This document shows, piece by piece, positions 28,777 to 37,388 of a DNA stretch of 64,000 nucleotides. A program made the translations under genes and the position numbers. Source of the stretch: a virus; IMG/VR virus record IMGVR_UViG_3300027977_000008, positions 107,944-171,943 of that record. One strand, 5' to 3'. Numbering within the stretch: position 1 is the first letter of the stretch; each line of letters starts with the position of its first letter. A model generated the notes under the pieces. That model saw only the letters and a program-made list of their open reading frames with translations, was not told the origin of the DNA and did no database searches.

Positions 28777-29319
28777 ATGAATAATTGCCCTCCCATCAAT
28801 TTTCATAATCCAGAAGCAGGATTTCTTGAAATTGGTGAAGAAACTGATGATAAAATCCTAAGAAAACATCATGTTCAGTTAGGTGGTGGAACTGGATCAG
28901 CATTGCACATATACAAAGATGGCGGATGGTGCTTGTGGGCTAAATCTAATGAAAAAGGATCTTCCTTAATTCAAGAAGGATCTGGTCCAATCAATATTAT
29001 TTCGGATGGAGATGTTAATATTGAGGCAAAAGGCGATATTTCAATGAAGGCTAGGAATATTATTATGCAAACAACAGCATCAGATGGTGATGTTGTTGTA
29101 AACTCAAAGCGTAACATAAGACTTGATGCTGACAATAATGTTACAATCCTTGGTACAAATGTAACGATTAAGGCATTTTATAATATGCTTCAGGTATCTG
29201 ATGGATGGAATATTATTTCTGGAAATCCAGTTCTTTTACATGAAAGTAAAACAAAACTTATTCCAACCTCAGTTGCAGATATTGTGAATACATTACTAAA
29301 AGAAATTATTGTAGGATGA
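28777..29319 (+). CDS. gp5 C-terminal-like beta-helical spike protein
   Basis: Repeating I.A.GDI.(I/M).A pattern; follows gp5. Confidence 0.6.
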   Translation: MNNCPPINFHNPEAGFLEIGEETDDKILRKHHVQLGGGTGSALHIYKDGGWCLWAKSNEKGSSLIQEGSGPINIISDGDVNIEAKGDISMKARNIIMQTTASDGDVVVNSKRNIRLDADNNVTILGTNVTIKAFYNMLQVSDGWNIISGNPVLLHESKTKLIPTSVADIVNTLLKEIIVG

Positions 29320-29323
29320 TAGT

Positions 29324-30160
29324 ATGGCAATCGCAGGCGAACTTTCAGCAGGAAAACTTTATATTGGACCAGAAATTCCAGCACGATTAGATCAATCTAC
29401 TCTGACACTAGATGATGATGCTAATCCATTTTCAGGTACGTTATCAGTATGTGGTCCTGCATTTTTTGGTCTCCCAACTAATATTGGATTTGCTCGGGCA
29501 GCAGTCAATATTGGACCTGCACTTCCACCATTTGCACCAGGAATTCCTACATTAGGATTAGATGTTACTGCAGGAACTCAACATACAGGTTATATGAATA
29601 ACCTTGGTTTGAGCAACTTTTTTGGTATGTCAAACAAACTTGGGATCCTGAACAAAATTGGTATCAACAATGCACTTGGCTTATCGAACAGAGTGGGGTA
29701 TAATGTAGCAGTAGGTGGAGAAACAAACACTCAACCAACTCAAGAAGACATTTGTCTTGCTAAAACTTCAGCAGCACCACTTTATACACATTATGGGAAT
29801 ATGCATGTGGCTGGATCATTTTCGGCAAATAGCAAAGCCTTTGAAATTGAACACCCTTCCAAACCAGGGAAGAAACTATATCATGGATCACTTGAAGGAC
29901 CAGAACACGGTGTCTATACCCGTGGTCATGTAAGGGCTGATGGTATTATTGAACTTCCAGAGTATTGGAAAGATCTTGTAGATCCTTCTACGATTACTGT
30001 TCAACTAACACCACATCGTTTTTATCAAGACCTTTTCGTTGATCATATTGAATGGGGAATTCGAGTTGTAATTCGTAATTCTAGTGGCGGTGCCATCGAT
30101 GCATACTATCTTGTTCAAGCAGAACGTAAAGACATAGAGAAACTTCAAGTTGAGGGTTGA
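29324..30160 (+). CDS. Tail/spike-associated structural protein
   Basis: KAFEIEHP...LYHGSLEGPEHGVYTRG...LPEYW..LV...ITVQLTP...AERKD C-terminal domain. Confidence 0.65.
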   Translation: MAIAGELSAGKLYIGPEIPARLDQSTLTLDDDANPFSGTLSVCGPAFFGLPTNIGFARAAVNIGPALPPFAPGIPTLGLDVTAGTQHTGYMNNLGLSNFFGMSNKLGILNKIGINNALGLSNRVGYNVAVGGETNTQPTQEDICLAKTSAAPLYTHYGNMHVAGSFSANSKAFEIEHPSKPGKKLYHGSLEGPEHGVYTRGHVRADGIIELPEYWKDLVDPSTITVQLTPHRFYQDLFVDHIEWGIRVVIRNSSGGAIDAYYLVQAERKDIEKLQVEG

Positions 30161-30185
30161 CATGCCTAGGGTTTCATGTTATGAT
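30157..30185 (+). promoter_or_regulatory. Sigma70 promoter (small ORFs and tRNAs)
   Basis: TTGACA-17 nt-TATGAT. Confidence 0.75.
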
Positions 30186-30206
30186 ATGACCTGATGAGCA
30201 AGCACT

Positions 30207-30398
30207 ATGGATCTTCACCTCACTAACGAGCATATTGAATGTGTCAAGATAAATATCAATAACAGGACATTTTATCTTTATGGCACTGATGGGTCCTATG
30301 AAGAAGTGCTTTGCAAAAAATCAGATCAATTCTTGAGTGTGTTAGAGTTTACTAAGTCACATTCAAACGGGGTACGTATCGAGTATGTCGCAGATTAG
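30207..30398 (+). CDS. Hypothetical protein
   Basis: 63-aa ORF directly after a promoter. Confidence 0.65.
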   Translation: MDLHLTNEHIECVKININNRTFYLYGTDGSYEEVLCKKSDQFLSVLEFTKSHSNGVRIEYVAD

Positions 30399-30510
30399 AT
30401 GCCCAATGTGTGGACATCTATGTAATGGTAAAATTGATTTTGGGTCACACATCAAAAGATGTCAAGAAGCAGACACCAAATTTAAATTCAATCAAAAAAA
30501 AAAATTCTAA
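30385..30510 (+). CDS. Small zinc-finger-like protein (41 aa)
   Basis: MSQIRCPMCGHLCNGKIDFGSHIKRCQE... (CxxC-x12-HxxxC), translated by hand. Confidence 0.5.
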   Translation: MSQIRCPMCGHLCNGKIDFGSHIKRCQEADTKFKFNQKKKF

Positions 30511-30535
30511 AAAGAAATAAAATAATTGATTATAA

Positions 30536-30610
30536 GGGACTGTTGCTTATTGGTTAAATCCGTCGCCTTATAAGCGGCAGAACTGAGTTCAATCCTCGGC
30601 GGTCCTACCA
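30536..30610 (+). tRNA. tRNA-Ile(UAU)
   Basis: Acceptor GGGACTG/CGGTCCT-A-CCA; anticodon arm GTCGC-CTTATAA-GCGGC; T arm CTGAG-TTCAATC-CTCGG; one D-stem mismatch. Confidence 0.85.
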
Positions 30611-30611
30611 T

Positions 30612-30696
30612 GGGAGCGTGGTGAAATTGGTAGACACAACAGACTTAAAATCTGTCGAACGTAGAGTTCATGTCGGTTCAAGTCCGACTGTTCATA
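30612..30696 (+). tRNA. tRNA-Leu(UAA), degenerate acceptor stem (possible pseudogene)
   Basis: Anticodon arm ACAGA-CTTAAAA-TCTGT; long variable arm; T arm GTCGG-TTCAAGT-CCGAC; acceptor GGGAGCG/TGTTCAT poorly paired; no CCA. Confidence 0.75.
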
Positions 30697-30729
30697 TTAT
30701 CTAAATAAAAAAAATTACTTGTTATAAAA

Positions 30730-31272
30730 ATGTTGTATAGAATTGCTATAAAAACTGTTGATGGAAGCCTGCACTATTTGGTAAGTGATCAAGATTTACC
30801 AGAAACTGATTCTGAAATAAACTATAAAGAGATACAATTTCTTTTTAAATTAAACCCAAATCACGCGCATACATTTAGTACTTTAGAATTAGTTACAAAT
30901 GTTTGTAAAAATTTACCTTATCCATATAATGAAAAAGCAACTATAATATTAACAGATTCTAAAGAAACTGTACCACCAACAAAAATATATTATCGTATTG
31001 CACAAATGAAATTTAATGAATTGTGTCTTATTAACCAGAACAAATCATTTACGCAAACTGTTACTCCACAAACTTTGTCATTTATAAACATAACAGATGC
31101 TAAAGTATTTTTCAATTCTTTAAAAAAAATTACTAAAAAACTTTCTTGTATTGTAGAAGTTCATGATTTTGGACCTCCAAACTATAACTTTAAAAATCAT
31201 TTTATTGCATCAAATGAAGAATTTACCAAAGAATATACCAAAGAATTTCAAGCAGGTGTTTTCTATTCTTGA
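30730..31272 (+). CDS. AT-rich hypothetical protein
   Basis: 180-aa ORF after CTAAATA; no recognised motif. Confidence 0.6.
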   Translation: MLYRIAIKTVDGSLHYLVSDQDLPETDSEINYKEIQFLFKLNPNHAHTFSTLELVTNVCKNLPYPYNEKATIILTDSKETVPPTKIYYRIAQMKFNELCLINQNKSFTQTVTPQTLSFINITDAKVFFNSLKKITKKLSCIVEVHDFGPPNYNFKNHFIASNEEFTKEYTKEFQAGVFYS

Positions 31273-31985
31273 AAATATATTTGATTATTAGGATCTTCAA
31301 GAGCACTTATCAAAGTGTTCTTTTTTTGTATCTGAGCATCTAACTGTGATTTTGCAGTTTGATAACCATATCTTTGCAATTCATAAGACGCTCTAGCTTC
31401 TTTAATAACATTGATTTGAACAATAACAGTATCTCTTTCTGCTCGATAAGTTGTCAAACTATTATTAAGTGTTGTAATGGAGTTAGAATATCCTACACAG
31501 TCACCAACAATTGATGTTGTAAATCCTAGATAAGTTCCAATAGAAACTTGTGTTACAACATCATAAGTTCCGACACCAACAGTATTTGAAACAAGTTCTT
31601 GAGTGCTTTTTAAAAATGGGTTTGGTGATGTAAAAGACCAAGAATGAAGAATAACGCGATCTTCAACTACATCTACAACTGCAACGGATGTTGTTCCACA
31701 TCCAATTACATTTGCCTGCTGTCCAAGAACAAGAATTTGATTTTGTACTGTTTTAATTTGATTATTAACTTCTAAAATTCTTCTATCTAATCCTTTTGTT
31801 GCAGGATCAAATCGATTGATCTGGTTATTGATGCCTTCAATAACATATTCAGGATCTTCATCGTCTGCAGTTCTTATTTCAATCCCAGCAATAACTTGAT
31901 CGAGTTGTTCTTTTTGTTTGTTATCTTGAGTAATTGATTTTTTATATGATGAAATCAAATATTTTGTATTTGGACCACTTGCCAT
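31263..31985 (-). CDS. Coiled-coil hypothetical protein, probably structural
   Basis: Late promoter on the minus strand at 32017-32024. Confidence 0.7.
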   Translation of the reverse strand: MASGPNTKYLISSYKKSITQDNKQKEQLDQVIAGIEIRTADDEDPEYVIEGINNQINRFDPATKGLDRRILEVNNQIKTVQNQILVLGQQANVIGCGTTSVAVVDVVEDRVILHSWSFTSPNPFLKSTQELVSNTVGVGTYDVVTQVSIGTYLGFTTSIVGDCVGYSNSITTLNNSLTTYRAERDTVIVQINVIKEARASYELQRYGYQTAKSQLDAQIQKKNTLISALEDPNNQIYFQE

Positions 31986-31987
31986 AG

Positions 31988-32024
31988 TATAAATATAATG
32001 AAGAACGGTGTCTCAGTATTTATA
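31988..32024. promoter_or_regulatory. Pair of oppositely oriented T4 late promoters
   Basis: TATAAATA (+) at 31988-31995 and TATTTATA (- strand TATAAATA) at 32017-32024 between divergent genes. Confidence 0.75.
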
Positions 32025-32028
32025 GGTA

Positions 32029-35000
32029 ATGCCACTAAGTAGACTGGAAAATTTTCTCAAGAACGTTCAGGGAAGTGTAATATACGTAAATCCTGAAGAA
32101 CTTGACGCAACAGATGATATCAGTAATACTGGTAATTCAAGAGCACGTCCTTTTAAAACTATTCAACGTGCTCTTTTAGAAAGTGCTAGGTTCTCATATC
32201 AAGTAGGACAAAACAATGATCGGTTTGACAAAACCACGATCATGGTTTCTCCTGGTGTTCATTACCTTGATAATAGACCAGGACTTGCAATTGATACAAG
32301 TGCTAATCTAACGGATGCTAATGGATCTGCAGCGTCGATCAATCAATTCTCTGTAGGCACTAATTTTGATATTCAAGATCCAGATAACGTATTATACCTT
32401 TTTAACTCCATTCATGGTGGTGTAATTCTGCCTCGTGGTACTTCTATTATTGGATCAGATCTTAGAAAGACAAAGATTAGACCAAAATATGTTCCTCAAC
32501 CAAACAATGATAACATTCCAAGATCTGCAGTTTTTAGAGTAACTGGTGGTTGTTTCTTCTTTGGATTTTCTTTATTTGATGCAGATCCTGGTGATAGAAT
32601 TTATAAAGACTTTACAAAATCAGTTTATTCTCCAAACTATTCGCACCACAAACTGACATGCTTTGAATATGCTGATGGTGTAAACACTGTTGCTGGAAAA
32701 GGTGGTACAGATCTTGATATGTACTATCGTAAGCTTACTTTAGCTTATGGTGCAAACTCAGGTAGATCACTTCCAGATTATCCTGCAAATAATGATTTCC
32801 AAGCAACTGTTGATGAAACAAGAATTGTTGGTGCAATTTCTCAAATTGGTGATATTGAAATTGAAGATATTTACTCGGGATCTAATCCATCAGCATCTAT
32901 AGCAACACCTGTTGTTACTGTTGTCACAAGAACAAATCATGAGTTATCTGTAGGAACCCCAGTTCTTATTTTTGGTGTAGATAATGCGGAATATGATGGT
33001 GGATATATTGTATCTCAAATTATCAATGATACTACGTTTACATATTCTTTATCATCTGTCCCAAATTCAACTGCAAATCCTAGTTTAGTAGGAAAAAATC
33101 CGATTGTAACAGTTGAAAGTGATACAGTAACGTCATGTTCTCCATATATTTTCAACTGCTCAGTTAGATCAACGTTTGGTCTAAATGGAATACACGCAGA
33201 TGGTGATAAAGCCACTGGTTTCAAATCAATGGTTGTTGCACAATTCACTGGAATTGGACTAAACAAAGATGATAATGCTTATGTCAAATATAATACAACT
33301 TCTGGTATTTGGCAAGATCAAGCAACACTAGGAACTTCTGTATCATTACATACGGACAGTAGAGCAAGACATAAACCAACCTGGCAAAATTTCCACGTTA
33401 AAACATCAAATAACGCATACATTCAGTGTGTTTCTATCTTCGCCATTGGTTATGCTACACACTTTGTTGCTGAAAGTGGTGGAGATCAATCAATTACGAA
33501 CTCAAACTCAAACTTTGGTGCAAAATCATTAGAGGCAGATAATTTTAGAAGAGATGCATTCTTGAAGGATGATCAAGGATATATTACAGAAATTATACCA
33601 GCACAGAAAAACTTTGCAAAACAAGGTGAAGTCAATTATCTTCCTCTTGATGTAGAAGTTACTGTTGGTTTATCAACTGATATCAAATTATATTTCTATG
33701 GATATAATCAAAGAGATACTGTTCCACTAAAGAGCACTGGTGGTTATATTATTGGCAATAAAGTTGGTGAAACTATTCACTGTAATATCGATAATGTTGT
33801 CTATGGTGCTAGAGTTCTAATGCCTGTTCCTGGATCTAATCCAGATAATAGAATTTCTGCAAAAAAGGAATATCTAGTTGGTAGATCTGCAGGCATCAAC
33901 TCAATCACTGGAAACACATTTACTCTACAACAAAATCATAGACTTCTTCCTGGAGAAATAATCCGAGTTTATTCCGAAACTGGATCTCTTCCAGATGGAC
34001 TAGAGCACAAAACAGTTTATTATGCAATCACTGGTGGGGTGAATGCGGATCAAATTCAAATTGCAACAACTTATAATAATGCATTGTCTGGTGATGAACT
34101 AACTGGGATCAATAATCTTGGTGGACAACTAAGAATTGTTTCTGAAGTTGCTGATAAGAACCCAGGAGATCCTGGACATCCAATTCAATATGATAGTAGC
34201 GGATGGCACATCAATGTTGGTGCAGGAAATAGTTTACGTGCTGCACTTGTAACTAATCAAACAAAAGTTACTCCAAAAACAGGTAATGCTTTTATCTTCA
34301 GAACACCTGATAATAGAACCAATAATGATAAAATTTATCGTCTAAGATATGTTATCCCAGATAATGCTACAATTGCATCACCACCCCAAAACGGATTTTC
34401 AATTGAAGAAAGTAGTGCTGTAATTGATGACACAAATTATAAAAACGACAATACTACACTTACATCAGTAACAAATCTAAGAACAAAAACTAACATCATT
34501 AATGCTTCTTGGTCTTCAAACGTTGGTGTTGTTACTACACAATATCCACATGGATTGAAAACTAAACATCTAATTGAGATCAATCGTCTAAGAAGTGTAA
34601 ACAATACTAGCGGTTCTACAAATTCTGGATTCAACGGATTATTTGAAGTTTTAGCAATCACAGATAGTAAAACATTTACAATCGGTCTCAATACAAACCC
34701 AGGATCAATTTCTACTGTAACAACTGGTATTCCATATACAGTATTTGATCAATCTATTGTGGGATCTGGTAGAACCTTCAGTCCATATTTTGTCAAAAAA
34801 GATTTTGGTCCCTCTTATCAAATCTATACCAATAGTGAAGTTCAAAAATATAAGAAAGATATTCAAGATGGTATCTATGATATAACAATCTTAGGATATT
34901 TAAAAACCCCAGATGTAACTCCATTTTCAACTGCATCAAATAAGTTCTCGCAAAATATCAACGATATTATTCCTGCAGTTGGAAAAGATACTCAAAAAGA

Positions 35001-37356
35001 TGATCCAAATGCAACAATAAGTTATGCATTACGTGAACTTGTTGGACAAGTAGAAAGCAGCGATCCTTCTGATAGTATTTCAAAGGAAGCATTATTCTCA
35101 TTATTTGAACAAACTGGTATTGGTATTGGCATCACGGGAGCATCAGTTTCTGGATCTACTCTAACAATCAATACTGATGTAGAACATGGACTAAGTGGTA
35201 TTTCTAATTTTACAATAGTTTCTGGTGGAACAAATTATGGAACCAATAGTGGCGGTGTAGAAAATTATTTCAATATTAGATTAGAAGGTGGAAGTGGTAA
35301 AGGTGCAACAGCAAATGTAACTGTGTCTGCTGCTAGTGTTATCACTAATATTACACTTGTAGATAATGGATCTGGATATGTAGTTGGAGACACTGTTACT
35401 GTAGGAGGAGTTCCTTTCCATGCTTCTGGTACAAATGCTACCGCTACTGTATCTGCAATTGATAATAGAATTGGTGATGCAATTCAAGTTGTTGGTGTAG
35501 GAAGCACTGCATACAATGGATTGTTTAGAATTGCTTCTGTTCCCAACTCTAAAACGATTACATATACTGGCACTGCATCTGGTGTTTCAACTGGTGGATT
35601 TGTTTATCATGTTGGTATTGCAACAAACGTTACCAACATTACACACGATGCACTAAGTGGTATTGCTACTGTTCTTCTTACTTCCGATATTGGATTGAGA
35701 AGTGGAGATCAGATTGTTATTGCTGGATGCACAGGGTTCTCTACCATTTACAATGGTACACATTTTGTTAGTGAACGAGTAGGATATGGTTCTTCTTTAC
35801 GTGTCAATATTGGTGTAACAAGTAATGCTCCTGCATATGCTGGTGTTGCTACTGCACATGGAACTGGTATTTCTATTCGTGGAAGAGGAAGAGGAATTCC
35901 AATCTATGATGGGGTAACCACAAGATTAACTTCTGGTATTACAACTACAACAACATCAATTTCTCTTGCTGATACATCTATGCTCAAGAGAGGTGATTAT
36001 CTCTTGATTGAAGATGAAATCGTAAGAATTTCTAATACTGGTGCAACAAATATTATTCGTGGTGTATTGGGATCTAATGCTGTTCCTCATGATGTTAACG
36101 TTGCAATCAAAAAAATTAATGTTCTTCCAGTAGAAAATAGAAGATATTCTATTCTTCGTGCTTCAGGACATACATTTGAATATCTTGGATATGGTCCTGG
36201 AAACTACTCTACTGCGATGCCACAATCTCAAGATAGGATTCTTGATGATAACGCAGTGCTTCTTGCCCAGTCGGTTCAAACCAGAGGTGGACTAGTTGTT
36301 TACACTGGTATGAATGATACTGGAGATTTCTATATTGGTAAGCGTAAAATCAACAGTGTTAATGGACTTTCTGGTATTGATGGTGGTATTGGTGATGATA
36401 CTGGTTCAGAAAAAACAACTTTTGCAATACTTACTGTTGATGATCTAACAGTCAATGATAACCTATACAGCAAGGGTAACACTGAAGTCGTCGATTTTGC
36501 CCTAAAAGGTAATCGTGCAGGAGATATTGCACAAACAGTTTATGTTGGTATTCGTGCTGGTGATACTTGTCCATCAAGTTCAACCGATAATATCCTACTG
36601 AGAACCACATTTACTCGTGGTGGATATATTGGATGGGTCAAGACTAATGAAGCAGATGCTAGTGTAAGATGGAAGCGTTGGGGTAAAATTTCCCACGAAT
36701 GTAATAGTGATCATTATGTATTTGATAAAATTGGTATTGGTGTAACGTATTGCGCTGATCAATACAAGTTCCAGGTTACTGGCATCAGTACATTCAGTGG
36801 TAATGTATTTGTTACTGGCATCAGTACATTCAGTGGTAATGTATTTGTTACTGGTAATACTACACTTACTGGTAATTTGGCAGTCACTGCACCATCAACA
36901 ATTAGTGGATATGGCACCATTCCAATTGGTGGAATTATTATGTGGTCTGGAACGATTGTAAATATTCCAACAGGTTGGGCACTTTGTGATGGTTCAAATA
37001 ATACTCCAGACTTAAGAAATAGGTTTGTTATTGGTGCTCATAGTGGTGGTGGAACTGGTATTACTTCTACTGCTGGTCCTGGATTTAATGCAGATAATGG
37101 AACTTTAGATAATACTTATACTCCAGGAAACACTGGTGGTAAGACTGCACACCAACTTACTATTGACGAACTTGCTTCTCATAGTCACACGGTTTCTAAT
37201 ATTTGTACTTTTCCGGGAAGTATTTCAGATCCAGCTGGCGGAGGAAATAACCATGAGAATACATCTTCACGCGGAACTTCTTCAGTAGGCGGCAGCAAAT
37301 TCCACGAAAACAGACCACCATACTATGCTCTGGCATTCATTATGAGAACTCTTTGA
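32029..37356 (+). CDS. Large virion structural / tail fibre protein with C-terminal tail-collar domain
   Basis: MPLSRLENFLKN; PFKTIQRAL; beta-rich repeats; IPIGGIIMWSG...GWALCDG...PDLRNRFVIGA...HENRPPYYALAFIMR. Confidence 0.85.
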   Translation: MPLSRLENFLKNVQGSVIYVNPEELDATDDISNTGNSRARPFKTIQRALLESARFSYQVGQNNDRFDKTTIMVSPGVHYLDNRPGLAIDTSANLTDANGSAASINQFSVGTNFDIQDPDNVLYLFNSIHGGVILPRGTSIIGSDLRKTKIRPKYVPQPNNDNIPRSAVFRVTGGCFFFGFSLFDADPGDRIYKDFTKSVYSPNYSHHKLTCFEYADGVNTVAGKGGTDLDMYYRKLTLAYGANSGRSLPDYPANNDFQATVDETRIVGAISQIGDIEIEDIYSGSNPSASIATPVVTVVTRTNHELSVGTPVLIFGVDNAEYDGGYIVSQIINDTTFTYSLSSVPNSTANPSLVGKNPIVTVESDTVTSCSPYIFNCSVRSTFGLNGIHADGDKATGFKSMVVAQFTGIGLNKDDNAYVKYNTTSGIWQDQATLGTSVSLHTDSRARHKPTWQNFHVKTSNNAYIQCVSIFAIGYATHFVAESGGDQSITNSNSNFGAKSLEADNFRRDAFLKDDQGYITEIIPAQKNFAKQGEVNYLPLDVEVTVGLSTDIKLYFYGYNQRDTVPLKSTGGYIIGNKVGETIHCNIDNVVYGARVLMPVPGSNPDNRISAKKEYLVGRSAGINSITGNTFTLQQNHRLLPGEIIRVYSETGSLPDGLEHKTVYYAITGGVNADQIQIATTYNNALSGDELTGINNLGGQLRIVSEVADKNPGDPGHPIQYDSSGWHINVGAGNSLRAALVTNQTKVTPKTGNAFIFRTPDNRTNNDKIYRLRYVIPDNATIASPPQNGFSIEESSAVIDDTNYKNDNTTLTSVTNLRTKTNIINASWSSNVGVVTTQYPHGLKTKHLIEINRLRSVNNTSGSTNSGFNGLFEVLAITDSKTFTIGLNTNPGSISTVTTGIPYTVFDQSIVGSGRTFSPYFVKKDFGPSYQIYTNSEVQKYKKDIQDGIYDITILGYLKTPDVTPFSTASNKFSQNINDIIPAVGKDTQKDDPNATISYALRELVGQVESSDPSDSISKEALFSLFEQTGIGIGITGASVSGSTLTINTDVEHGLSGISNFTIVSGGTNYGTNSGGVENYFNIRLEGGSGKGATANVTVSAASVITNITLVDNGSGYVVGDTVTVGGVPFHASGTNATATVSAIDNRIGDAIQVVGVGSTAYNGLFRIASVPNSKTITYTGTASGVSTGGFVYHVGIATNVTNITHDALSGIATVLLTSDIGLRSGDQIVIAGCTGFSTIYNGTHFVSERVGYGSSLRVNIGVTSNAPAYAGVATAHGTGISIRGRGRGIPIYDGVTTRLTSGITTTTTSISLADTSMLKRGDYLLIEDEIVRISNTGATNIIRGVLGSNAVPHDVNVAIKKINVLPVENRRYSILRASGHTFEYLGYGPGNYSTAMPQSQDRILDDNAVLLAQSVQTRGGLVVYTGMNDTGDFYIGKRKINSVNGLSGIDGGIGDDTGSEKTTFAILTVDDLTVNDNLYSKGNTEVVDFALKGNRAGDIAQTVYVGIRAGDTCPSSSTDNILLRTTFTRGGYIGWVKTNEADASVRWKRWGKISHECNSDHYVFDKIGIGVTYCADQYKFQVTGISTFSGNVFVTGISTFSGNVFVTGNTTLTGNLAVTAPSTISGYGTIPIGGIIMWSGTIVNIPTGWALCDGSNNTPDLRNRFVIGAHSGGGTGITSTAGPGFNADNGTLDNTYTPGNTGGKTAHQLTIDELASHSHTVSNICTFPGSISDPAGGGNNHENTSSRGTSSVGGSKFHENRPPYYALAFIMRTL
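36775..36854 (+). repeat. 36-bp in-frame tandem repeat (VTGISTFSGNVF, about 2.2 copies)
   Basis: GTTACTGGCATCAGTACATTCAGTGGTAATGTATTT repeated exactly. Confidence 0.9.
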
Positions 37357-37388
37357 TAAATACTGATAACGAAGAAGTGTAATAGTAG

